Below the pieces are notes generated by a model. The model did not search any database, had not been told where the DNA came from, and worked only from the letters and a program-made list of their open reading frames with translations. Below are positions 28,500-39,920 of a DNA stretch of 64,000 nt, in pieces (position 1 is the first letter of the stretch; every line of letters begins with the position of its first letter). A program made the translations under genes and the position numbers. Where the stretch lies: positions 5,022,001 through 5,086,000 of the forward strand of contig NC_042997.1 of NCBI RefSeq assembly GCF_006345805.1, in the 5' to 3' direction. The DNA is from Octopus sinensis. Lineage: Eukaryota.

Positions 28500-30250
28500 C
28501 TATAGAGTACATACGATTTGTAATAACTTTGCTTAGAGCAAATTTATGCAGCATGGTCATGTTCTCAGTTTGATTCCAGAGTGATATGTTGCCGTGTCAG
28601 TCTTATTATTACAGTTGTTATGTACTGACTACTTGATTAACTAAATACAGAAGTTTGAGAGAATTGATATTTTTTTTTTCTGTACGGCAGTTGTCAGTGT
28701 ATCTTTTGCTACGCCGGCAACAGTTAAATTGGAAATCGTTACTTATGTCTGCCCGGTGACTATTGCAGTTATAAGCTTTCACAGTAGACTGAAACAAGAA
28801 ATTTGGTAATTGTTCCACAACTCTTTTACTCTGAAATTTTTGTTACTTTATTTCCACATGATTAGGCAATATTGTATCCCCTGCATTCCAGGTTTCTTCA
28901 ATTTAACAGGTGTAAGAACTGTGCTAGTGCTGGACATCCTAAATATCAATTTAGAAATAAACCGTTTGAGGGATATAACCCTTTATAAACTATAGTTTAT
29001 TTTATGGAGATTTGTGTTATTTTTAGATATAATTGGATGGTTTTCTTCAAATAGAATTTCCCTTCAAACATGCGTAGTCAACCGTGATTTTCCTTAGTAG
29101 AAATATTTTGATGAATTTCCTTCATTGCCATCTTGGAGCCTTTAGCTTTTAATTCGTTGACGCTGTCGACTCTTATCTTCTTTCCTTTGTTGCTGTACCT
29201 TAATTGCTCAGTGCATCAGGATTTATGCTACAGAGTTTATTGATATCAGCATCTAACCATGTTTTTCTTATCTAGGCACAGTCAGTTTCGTCTCCGCTTT
29301 TTTCTCATGTTATTCAAAGTTTCTTTCCTAATCAATATCCAGTTGTGACATCTGTTTTGGAACATATTGTAGTACTCGGCGTTCCATATCGATTTCTCAA
29401 TACTCCCCTTCCAAATTAGTGCAGTTTAAACGCCTCCAAACTTTTGTCCACATTATAAATTCACAAATCCCCTCTAAAATTTTAGTCACTCTTCATTCAT
29501 TTCACCTCGCAAAGCTTCACTAGTTTTGCTCTCTCTAATGGCAAATTCAATATGTATATCCATAGCGATCTATCCAACACTTTTACCATTATTTGTTGAC
29601 ACTACCTTCAATATCTGTATTTTCTGTCTTCAAATTCAAATTCTTCTGTCTGATGCATATTCCGCCATGGTTTCTACTGCGAAAGTATCGACTTCCATAT
29701 ATCAAATTCTATTACTTTTCATCGTCTCACGAAACTAACCAATGCGTTTATGTTCGCTGATGTCAAACATACCTATCTTTTGCAAAGCAAGATGGTTTCT
29801 TTTTCTTGTATGACTATTTACCAATGCTAGAGTTCGTATATTTAAGTGAACTGACATTTTGTTGTCTTCCTTGCCTCACTTATGTCTAACGCTAGTTTCG
29901 TCACGAGTTTTAGCATTTTACTAAAGCAGATATGAGTTGATTTTCTCTTTTTATCTTGGGAATCATCGATATTCCGATATCAGAAGTAGCGCCATTTATG
30001 TTCTAAACCAAGTGTCTTAGATGCCGATACACGTATTTCGTTCAATATTTAAAGTTTCTCTGTAACAGTAGATTTATTTCAGATGTAGCAAGAAATGTTT
30101 TACCAAGTACCTTAAAGGCTTTCCATTCTGGAATTCAAATTATTGTAACTCCACTCAAAAATTATTAAGAAATATATACCGCATACAACGGGAAAAATCA
30201 CGATAAGCTTGTTCTTCTTCTATAATCGCATTGAATACATGTCTAATGAA
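28500..30250 (-). pseudogene. heavily decayed RLE-type LINE RT relic
   Basis: Minus-strand IAMDIHIEFAIRESK...RGEM resembles the FS.DIGMEFGLEKC...RGK motif, preceded by a YMDD-like segment; many stops. Confidence 0.4.
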
Positions 30251-30649
30251 GATGCTTTATCAATGTTAAGTTTTTTTCCCGTGTATGCTTTGAGTAGATG
30301 CACTGAGTAGATTGCTTATACTCCCCCACTTATGAAATTAATCTCATCCTGACGTCTCTTAGTGTTTCTCAACACTAAGAATAATGCTAGAATAATGCAA
30401 GAGCTGAGTTTCTGACGACAAACGTGTTTGGGGTCATCATGAATGTATGACAAGTCTTCTTTGAAACTTGTTTTCATTCTATTGTGCGCACATTTCCTGA
30501 CATTTCTAGTTTCAGTTAATGTTGTGGATTCATCGTCTGCCTTGATTTGAGATTGAACCCAGAGTCTCTAGGCGACTGCACAGCATTCGCTAATGCATTT
30601 ATCCACTATGCTATGACAGCAGCTTATAAACATAATGTTTATGTATCCT

Positions 30650-30659
30650 TTTGTTATTA

Positions 30660-30693
<34 letters not shown>

Positions 30694-30731
30694 CCTTTTT
30701 ATTATTATTATTATCCGTTTTATTATTATTA

Positions 30732-30786
<55 letters not shown>

Positions 30787-30800
30787 GTCATTATTATTGT
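30650..30800. repeat. (ATT)n trinucleotide microsatellite
   Basis: Direct reading. Confidence 0.92.
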
Positions 30801-30869
30801 AGAAATCTGCCCTTTTCTTAAGTACTGGTTCCCATATTGTATTCATTCATGCACTTGTCCTATTTAGGC

Positions 30870-31420
30870 CTTATGCGTTGCTTCCTTATGTTTCCTACAT
30901 TTCCAGTGATGCTGTCTGTTATTATGAAATCGTGTCACAGGGGTTGGTGGTCCCCGTTTTCTCTCCATGCGTGATCGAATCTACCCGAGTATTCAATATA
31001 CCCTTATGTCACAGCTTTCCAAAGTCAATTTACTCTTACTTTAAAGAGGCGGAATGTCTCTCCTTTGTATACTTTATAGCAGATACATAGGATGGAGTAC
31101 ACACAGTCTTTATCATATTCTTTTCCATGAGAGGCTTCACTCAGATGAGATATCTGCGAAGTGTTCAATTATTCTTGAATACTGTCCTGAATACTATCCT
31201 CAGTAATTTCCTAATATTGAAATGTCAAGTATAGCCGATCACGTATGGAGAGAAAATGGATATTACAAATACCTGAGAGATGATGCCAACCTAATAGTTA
31301 GAGGGCACCACCGGAAAATTAGAAAATTTAAGGAAGCAGTGCATATGATGAAATATAAGAACCTCGTAAGGAGGCCAAATGCAGGGATGAATACAATATG
31401 GGACATAGAAACTCAAGGCA
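30870..31420 (+). pseudogene. PLE GIY-YIG endonuclease relic
   Basis: LPYVSYISS and SSIADHVWRENG...HHRKIRKFKEAVHM parallel the EN C-terminus of the element at 269-770. Confidence 0.65.
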
Positions 31421-31927
31421 AATTCCATTATAATAATATAATAATGATAGAGAATATAGGTATTGGGCCTATAGTCCTTAAAATTCATTCAGTCATTGCT
31501 TACGGGCATTGTGTAATGGATAAGACTTTGGTTGATATAAAGCGGTCAACTAGAAGTTTTCAGCTCAATCGTCAAGTAACACGCTAAGATGAATTCACAA
31601 AAAGTCAACTGGGTCAAAAAATGTCATAAAATGAACTGAACGGAATTAAAACAGCATACCCTCCTCAAGCATATAAAGGGTTATATCTGAAATTACGATA
31701 CAACCGAGTTCGATACAAGAAACTTGAAGAAGGGTGGAGCTGTACAATAACCAAAAAGTAGTGAAGGAAACAATGAAGATGAGGACAACAATCCGACCAA
31801 TATAAATTAGGTACATAAATATTGTAATATTATTTATAGAATATCCAGTCGATGAACCGAAGAAATGATGAAAACATTAGTTTCATATCTATCTATCTAT
31901 CTATTTATCTATCTCTCTATCTCTCTC

Positions 31928-31974
<47 letters not shown>

Positions 31975-32004
31975 GCGAGAAAGAAGCAACAAGAATGGAT
32001 AGGT

Positions 32005-32095
32005 TTTTAGTACGATCGTTTCATACAAGGACAGGTTTTATTAAAAGTTGCAAAGATTACAGCATATAAACGAGTCCCGTACTCATCAGCTAAAA
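32005..32095 (-). ncRNA. type I hammerhead ribozyme (left inverted arm)
   Basis: Reverse complement of the hammerhead at 34633-34723. Confidence 0.8.
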
Positions 32096-32359
32096 TACAT
32101 GTAAGTTCTCTAGACATCCTAGTGTTTGAGGCTATACTCATGAAGTAATGTAGATAATTAAACAGATTTCTAAAGTTCATTAAAGTTCCTTAAAGATGAT
32201 GTATAGTCTTATCACAGAATTTTAAAAAAGTTTTGATAGCATCACAGAGAAGGTGACCTAATCCATATGAATTTCCATAGATATGATGAGGGATTATATA
32301 CTCACAGAAGACAAATTTATCCATTGTTATTAGCATTACAGAGAGGGTGAATTAATCCT

Positions 32360-33217
32360 TTGTATATATGCACAGATTCCAATAAAAACAGCAATAGGAA
32401 CTATCAAAACATAGGTGAAATTAGTAACCACAGAATGACTAATAACATTAACATTAATAGTAATAATAACAATGCCGATATTAATAGAAGTAATATTGTT
32501 AATAATAGAAATAATAGAAATAAGGCTAATGGAGAAAATAAGGAGAATGATAATATCAGTGATATCTATAACAATAATATACAGTTGGATAAAAAGACTA
32601 ACAATAATAATAACATTACGAATAATATAAGAAATCTTGGTAGGACTTTACACCTAAATGATGAAACGGAAGGATCAATAAATAATAACAATACTTTAGA
32701 TATCAGTACCAACTATAGAAATGATAATCAAAATAATAGGAACCTTAAACATCTACCCAGGAATAATCCAAGGCCTGAAGTTGTTCCTCCTGTGTGTAAG
32801 TGTAGAATAAAATCAAAATGCCCGGCACCTGGTCTATGTAGGGAAAATAATGTAATCTATAAATGTACCATATCCACGGAGAATAACAAATATTTTTACA
32901 TTGGCTGTACAATTAATTTTTTAGCCAGAGTTAGAAATCACATCTCGACTTTTAAATTACGTCATAAAGCTGGTACCACCACACTTTCAAACAAAATCTG
33001 GGAACTCAAAAATAATAACAAAAATTATACCCTTAATTGGGAAATAGTTAGGAGAGCAATTCCGTATAAAAATAGTAGGGTTGGTTGTCAACTATGCTCC
33101 ATGGAGACGTACGAAATTCTAAAGCATAGTAAACATAGAAACTTATTGAATAACCATATCGAACTAGGTCAAGTTTGTGTCCACGCTAAATTGAAGACTT
33201 TAAAATATTTTAAATGA
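32360..33217 (+). CDS. Asn-rich N-terminus + PLE-type GIY-YIG endonuclease with Cys-rich flanks, no reverse transcriptase
   Basis: Uninterrupted 285-codon frame: CKCRIKSKCPAPGLC...VIYKC...FYIGCT...RVRNH...LSNKIWELK...WEIV...CQLCSME...CVH. The start codon (TTG, inside the inverted arm) is uncertain; an in-frame ATG (MTNNIN...) occurs 25 codons later. Confidence 0.8.
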   Translation: MYICTDSNKNSNRNYQNIGEISNHRMTNNININSNNNNADINRSNIVNNRNNRNKANGENKENDNISDIYNNNIQLDKKTNNNNNITNNIRNLGRTLHLNDETEGSINNNNTLDISTNYRNDNQNNRNLKHLPRNNPRPEVVPPVCKCRIKSKCPAPGLCRENNVIYKCTISTENNKYFYIGCTINFLARVRNHISTFKLRHKAGTTTLSNKIWELKNNNKNYTLNWEIVRRAIPYKNSRVGCQLCSMETYEILKHSKHRNLLNNHIELGQVCVHAKLKTLKYFK

Positions 33218-34632
33218 TTGGAATATTCATAACTAGATACATAGATATAACTTGATTTCTACTAGTATAGCACTGCTTTAAGTAGATAACTAAGAGTTCT
33301 CACATTACAGTTATCTTTATCTTTTTCCTTATATCTACATCAGTTTTTTGAGAACAGGGAAATGAATAGTACTTATTCGCTACTTAATTGAGGCTTTATT
33401 TAATTTCAAACTCGCAATTTTTAAATTCTTAATTTTAAATCTTAATTGTAATATTTAATTTTAATTCCTAACTTAATCTAATTTAAATAGCATAACTCTA
33501 ATAAATTATAATTAGTTACTGTAGCCCCATAATTCTATTTCATAATTAAATAAATAAGGCTATTCCCTCGGTGATAATATGATTATCTTCATTTGGATAG
33601 ACAATCCCCTAACAACTTGTAAATGATCTTATAAGATTTGACCTGTAGTCGGTCAATGTATGAATAATAATGACAACTCCTTAAGACAATAAAATGAATA
33701 AATTAAATAAGTAAATTTTAATGACTTTTTGAGAAGATTATACTTAGATTTTCCTAATGTATTTTCTGGTGATTTTAGCATCTGACCCCTTAACCCCTGA
33801 CTGTGTTATCTCTTTAGATTCTCTTTAAACTCATAGCTGATTTCAACAGCAATAAATTAACGGTTTACTGGTCAAAGAATAATATTCCCCTCCAGTTCTT
33901 AGATGCCTGTTGATTAAAACCAGACTTACAGTCTACTAGCTCTTCTGTATAACTAGAACCCTCTTTTTTCTTTTTCTTTTTTCCCTTCTTTCCCTATTTC
34001 TTTCTCTTTTCTCTTTCTTCTTTTTCTTCTTCTATTCTCTGTTTCCTTTTCTCTTCTCTTTTAGTCCCCCTTTCCCCCCTTTTTTGCTCCCTCCTCCATT
34101 ATTTTCTTTTTTCTCTCTTTTCTTCTATTCCCTTCTCTATTCTTGGCCGATCTAGTAAGCCCTTCAACCTTTAAGAGTTAAATAGCTACAGCCTCTTGTG
34201 AATAGCAGTAATGTGATTAATATGGCAAACACCTAATCATATAACAAGGATTGGTACCTACCTCATTGTGTTCAACCATTGTAAAATTTATCGCCTGTGA
34301 ATATGAAATTCATCTCCATTTCTCTGGAAATTTACATCTACACCATTGGAATCTGTGCATATATACAAAGGATTAATTCACCCTCTCTGTAATGCTAATA
34401 ACAATGGATAAATTTGTCTTCTGTGAGTATATAATCCCTCATCATATCTATGGAAATTCATATGGATTAGGTCACCTTCTCTGTGATGCTATCAAAACTT
34501 TTTTAAAATTCTGTGATAAGACTATACATCATCTTTAAGGAACTTTAATGAACTTTAGAAATCTGTTTAATTATCTACATTACTTCATGAGTATAGCCTC
34601 AAACACTAGGATGTCTAGAGAACTTACATGTA

Positions 34633-34723
34633 TTTTAGCTGATGAGTACGGGACTCGTTTATATGCTGTAATCTTTGCAACTTTTAATAAAACCTGTCCT
34701 TGTATGAAACGATCGTACTAAAA
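34633..34723 (+). ncRNA. type I hammerhead ribozyme
   Basis: Stem I ttttag (34633-34638)/ctaaaa (34718-34723); CTGATGA 34639-34645; stem II GTAC+GGGAC pairing with GTCCT+GTAT; GAAA 34706-34709; stem III palindrome ACGATCGT 34709-34716; GUA triplet 34715-34717. Confidence 0.82.
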
Positions 34724-34869
34724 ACCTATCCATTCTTGTTGCTTCTTTCTCGCTTATAATCACCCCACATTACTGTATTGTTAAATCAGTATTGTTTTTT
34801 TTGGTGCATCTAAGTTAGGTACCATATTCAAGTAAATTTTTTAAATTAACTTGAATCTTTATTGCTCTT

Positions 34870-34909
<40 letters not shown>

Positions 34910-37587
34910 TTCTCTTTAATGTGTATTAGAATTCCTTTTTCTTTTACTTGCCTATGCTTACGCGCAATACAACGTAACTCTAAAGCCTGAAATAAATAAA
35001 GTCACTTGATTTTAGAAGCATAATAAATTGTCATGTCACTTAATGACATAAATAAGCGTTTTATAGTTGTGTTCCCATAAAATTCATACGGATTACACAT
35101 CGCTGCTAGCTTTGAAGTTAAGATAGATAAATCTGGTTACAAAGGAAACTACTACAATGATAAACTTGCTAACAAATGTAAAAAAAATTCAATGTAAAAT
35201 TTACAACTTCAAAATTTGAAAATTGTAAATAAATATTATACCTATTAACACAGCGTTTCAAGAGAGCAACTTCTCTTGATTTGACTTAAAACAGCTTAAA
35301 ATATTGTTTTCTTTTCTTAAATTAATTCACATTGCCTGCTAGAATACACAGGTAAAAATTATGTATTGCTTGATCAAACACGTACTTCATTCAATTGTTC
35401 AAATTTTGTGTATAAAGATATATATAGATGCATTAACGTGAGTGCAATTAATGAATGATTTTAAAATGTAGGTATTTTAAATAGAAAATCGTAAATATAA
35501 AGGTGCCGCACTAAAATTTAAAAATTATTCAGAATTCAAGTATTCCTGCGTTGTTACATCAATCTTCATGGAATATTCATTTCAGGATCGTAAGATGTGA
35601 TGAAAACGAATTAGACAATAGTTATTATATGGAGTATTTGAATCCTGTTATTAAAATAATTATATAGATCAGTATTATGAGAAAATATTTGCTATGTAGA
35701 TGTATAGAACATAAAATGTCAGGAGGTATGACAGGTGAATAGTTTTCTACCACTAAATTCCGTTTTATTATGGCTGAATGTGTCTATACAGGTATCTTTC
35801 TAAGATAGTGTATCTATACAGTGATGTATGTATGTGTGCTTATGTGCATGTTCGTCTGTGTACTAATGTCCGTCTGGGTGCTATGTATATGGTTGTGTTT
35901 GAGCCATATAAATACCTTTTTCCATACTTTTTTTGGTATCAGCATGTGGCTAGGCATGTTGATTTCAAAACAGTTTATTGAGATAGAATGCATTTAAAGC
36001 CTATTTGACCCTTTGAACCTATTTGACAGTAGCTGTTGTCCAAAATTAAACCTTGTTTTATTCCTTATATCTCCAACTATCTGTTCCCTACTGAATTGAT
36101 ATATATTATAATTGTTATCATAGATTTTGATATGTATTTTTAAACTCTCAATTTTCTTTTCTTTCATCAAACTAATTTACTTCATCTCCAGTGACTTACC
36201 TGCTTTTTGTTTACATTAAATATGGTCAGCTCCCTAAACGGAACCGGTATCCTGATTCATAAGCTGCAAATGAATTTATTATGTGTATTTACTTTTAAAT
36301 GACCATACCAATCTAATTTTATCAATTATCGGTTGTCCATAGAATGGGTACATAAAGGACAATTTTGCATGCATACGCAGTTGAAGCATTAATCCAAAGT
36401 GGAGACCAGAACTTATTTCTCGATGTGATCAGCTACAAAAAGGGTTAAGATATTTTCTTAACATGAAACCAATAGTAGCCTTCATACACACACACACACA
36501 CATACACACACACACACACAATACACTTACATACATACCATTTAAAAAATATTTTATTGCTTGGGTTATTAGACTGTAGCCATCCGTGTGAGAGCTACAT
36601 CTCGCTCTGTATACCGCATGGATTAGATGGGGAATGTGGTGTACTTTTACCATTTTGCATTCTGCCGCTTATGGATTGCATTATACATAATAAAAGTGAG
36701 AAGCACTAAACAGGTTATTGGAGAATGATCCAGAAGAATTTTTCCTTGTGGACATCTTTCGTTCATGAGGAATATGCCAAAGTTCTTAGTGAAAAGAGTG
36801 GAGAAACATCAACGAAATAGAATACATATTAAGTGAGATTGGCTACTATTTCCAGCGTAACGTTTGATTCAATAAATATTTCCTCTCTGGGTCGAGATAA
36901 ACATTCGTTGTATCAGGTGATATAGAAATATCTGGCATTATGCTCGCATATATGACTGATCATGTTTCACTGTATATACAGGTTTTGTACGGTAAAACAT
37001 CAATTGAGAGATGTTCGTGTACGTTTGAATTTAATAACAGATTACGTGTGTAGGAATATGAGAATATGAAATTCTTTTATGTGTAAATTTGATAATATCT
37101 CGAATGCTCAGCAGTAGCTATTGTTATTTTTGGTTCTTTGTGTGTTATAAAATGTATGTGAAGAGAAATGTTTAACTATACAAGCTTGTATCAGAAATCA
37201 ACATCATTGTACATCTGTGAATGTATCCTTGTTCAAATGGAAATATATCCGGTGCGCTGACGAATATCACAAAGCAGGAGTATAGGCGGGGTTTACGGAG
37301 AAAATATAATAGAAGCAGATACAAAGGAGAAATTCAGAACATAAGTAGAAAAATTGTTGAAGTTACACAAAGATGAATGAGGAAGACTCGATCGATTATT
37401 TTGCTTTCAAGAAGAATAGTAACAATAACACGGGAAAATGAAAAGAAAAACTGATTTCACGCTACCTGCATATGCTCCTGTCAAAGTATCCACAGCATAG
37501 CATAAAGCAATATAGTGTAAAATAAACTCTACACGTATATGTTACAGTGCAGACCAGCAGTTTCATTTTGTGCAGTACTACATATAC

Positions 37588-37700
37588 AGACACACACACA
37601 CACACACACACACAACACACACACACACACACATACACACACACACACACACACGCACACACACACACATACACACACGCGCGCGCGCGCGCGGAGACTC
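37588..37700. repeat. (CA)n tract ending in a (GC)n run
   Basis: Direct reading. Confidence 0.9.
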
Positions 37701-38439
37701 AGACACTCACACACATATTAACAACTGAAATCGGTGATTCGGTTTAACAATACAAGGTCGCCCTTAGGTGAAATTGGAGGCGTTTTTCCTTCTGCAAATA
37801 TTCGAACCACCTCTCAGGTTTCAAGCTTCCTAAATTCCACACTTCAACTTCAGTCTGGGAAGTTTCTGTAATAACTCATGGTCGCTGACCATTCGTAAAA
37901 AATTATCTAAATAATGTCTTTATATAAATGGACATACATATGTATTTCCTTCTTTGCTCATGTGTGTGTGTTTCTGTCTATGTGTATGTATGTGTGCGTA
38001 ACCTTTGGCACCTTGTGTGATATAGAATGTCTGGATAAATGCTTAAACTACACACGCTTGTCTCAGAAATCATCATCATTCTACATCAATTTAAATGGAA
38101 ATATATATTTTCTGTTGCCCTATCAAATATCACAAAGCAAGGATATAGATGTGGTGTACAGAGAAAATAACAAGAACACGGATAAAATGAAGCAATTCAG
38201 TGCTTTTATGCTGAAGATCGTAGTACAATGAATCTAAAGTCTTGATACAAAGTTCAGTTGCAGTGCGCTGTACAACCTGCATTATCAGTGCACACGAACG
38301 TTTGTGTAAATGCGCGTTTGTGTGTATCTGAGTGGATATTTATACTTGGTTTGAACTGTTGAACTCAAAGTATTTAAAGCTATATAACAGAAACAAATTA
38401 TATAATCATACATACTTGCAAAATGTCTAATGCTCTTGG

Positions 38440-38670
38440 CTTGGACTTTTTGGGGGGCAACCAGATCGAAATGTCTCAAGTGTAACAACCTGAAATAGTA
38501 AGGACTTCTGGCATACTTGACGTGAGGAAAGAAGACCACGAATGACTCGTCTTTCTTTACTTGTCCATATAATTGTTGTTTCTCCTGTCCGCCTTTGTAT
38601 CGTCTTTCTCTTGGAATTCTTTATTATCTTCTATTGCGTTTTTGGTCCATTTTTTAAATATTTATATATA
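38440..38670 (+). repeat. family B repeat, 3' fragment
   Basis: gctcttggcttggactttttggggggcaacc...gtaaggacttctg...atacttgacgtgaggaaagaagaccacgaatgac is homologous to 39625-39735. Confidence 0.65.
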
Positions 38671-38675
38671 CAGAT

Positions 38676-39106
38676 GGCGCAGGAGTCGGCGCAGGAGTCG
38701 CTGTGTGGTAAGTAGCTTGCTAACCAACTACATGGCTCCGGGTTCAGTCCCACTGCGATGCATCTTGGGCAAGTATCTTCTGCTATAGCCTCGGGCCGAC
38801 CAAAGCCTTGTGAGTGGATTTGGTAGGCGGAAACTGAAAGAAGCATGTTGTATATATGTATATATATATATGTATGTGTGTGTGTATGTTTGTGTGTCTG
38901 TGTTTGTCTCTCTAGCATTGCTTGACAACCGATGCTGGTGTGTTTACGTCCCCGTCACTTAGCGGTTCGGCAAAAGAGACCGATAGAATAAGTACTCGGC
39001 TTACAAAGAATAAGTCCTGGGGTCGATTTGCCCGACTAAAGGCGGTGCTCAAGCATGGCCGCAGTCAAATGACTGAAACAAGTAAAGGAGTAAAAGAGTA
39101 AAAGAG
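38676..39106 (+). mobile_element. tRNA-derived SINE family 1, full length, with an internal (TA/TG) microsatellite
   Basis: Head ggcgcaggagtc...tgtgtggtaag (A-box-like), B-box ggttcagtccc at 38741-38751, central microsatellite, tail (gtaaaaga)n. Homologous to 41575-42925 and 47120-47340. Matches the recalled octopus SINE consensus. Confidence 0.88.
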
Positions 39107-39129
39107 ATAGCATCGTACGTACACACTTG

Positions 39130-39812
39130 TGTTCACCTTATAGTAGGTGTATATCTATATTTTGTACGACTGTTACTCCATCTTTTAGTCCTTCTCAGAC
39201 TTTCTTCCTCTTTACTGTTTCTCGCTTCCCTTTTCTTTCTCACATATCTTGGCCCTCTCTTCAACTGTCACTTTTCCCCCTGGTTTATCTCCCCTTTACT
39301 TTTCCCTTTGTCTCTGATGTTTTTCTAATCCTTCAATACTGCGGGTCCCTAGCCCTCTCTCCTCCTTCCACGTGACCAGTGTCCGGCCAGCCATGATCGT
39401 TCTTTCTTGGCCTGACTGCCGACCGCCAACAGCTCTTATGTTCATCTCCTCCGTTCTTGCCTTTAGGCTTTCACTTCATACACGCCAGCTCAATTTGATT
39501 CGTTCTCAGTCGAAAGACACTTGTTGTTATGTTTTTGTTGCTTGTATTTATTTTTGTGTAATATGTTCTCCGTGTTTTTTCTTTGTTGCCGTACAAATTC
39601 GCTAGCTTTCTTACCCAAAACTGTTATGCTCTTAGCTTAGAGTTTTTCGGGGGGGGGGCAACCATTTCGAATTCTCTCAACAGTAAGGACTTCTGTTATA
39701 CTTGACTGAGGAGAGAAGGCCACGAATGACCCCTATTGTTGTTTCGCCTATCCGCCATTGCATCGTCTATCTGTCCCAGTGTTTTATTGTCCTTTTTTGC
39801 GTTTTTGTTCCA
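39130..39812 (+). mobile_element. family B non-coding element (PLE-terminus-like)
   Basis: Pyrimidine tract - cacgtgacca - T-rich tract - gctcttagcttag - cttgactgaggagagaaggccacgaatg - (TA)n. Same order of blocks as 51160-51945 on the minus strand. Confidence 0.6.
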
Positions 39813-39814
39813 CA

Positions 39815-39908
<94 letters not shown>

Positions 39909-39920
39909 ATATATATTATA

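Larger units (their letters stand above)
31975..34871 (+). mobile_element. PLE-derived element: inverted terminal arm - GIY-YIG ORF - 1.1-kb non-coding region - HHR-bearing terminal repeat, inserted in (TA)n
   Basis: 31975-32383 is the reverse complement of 34345-34753 (409 bp each; no difference spotted by eye). Both ends abut (TA)n. The same 3' terminus (...ctttattgctctttg|TATA) is seen at 58638. Confidence 0.85.

Noticed and set aside
33785-33800. cccctaacccct telomere-like motif
   Set aside because: A single unit, expected by chance.
38676-38760. tRNA-like head as a tRNA gene
   Set aside because: A/B boxes are present but it continues into SINE body and tail; no complete cloverleaf was seen.
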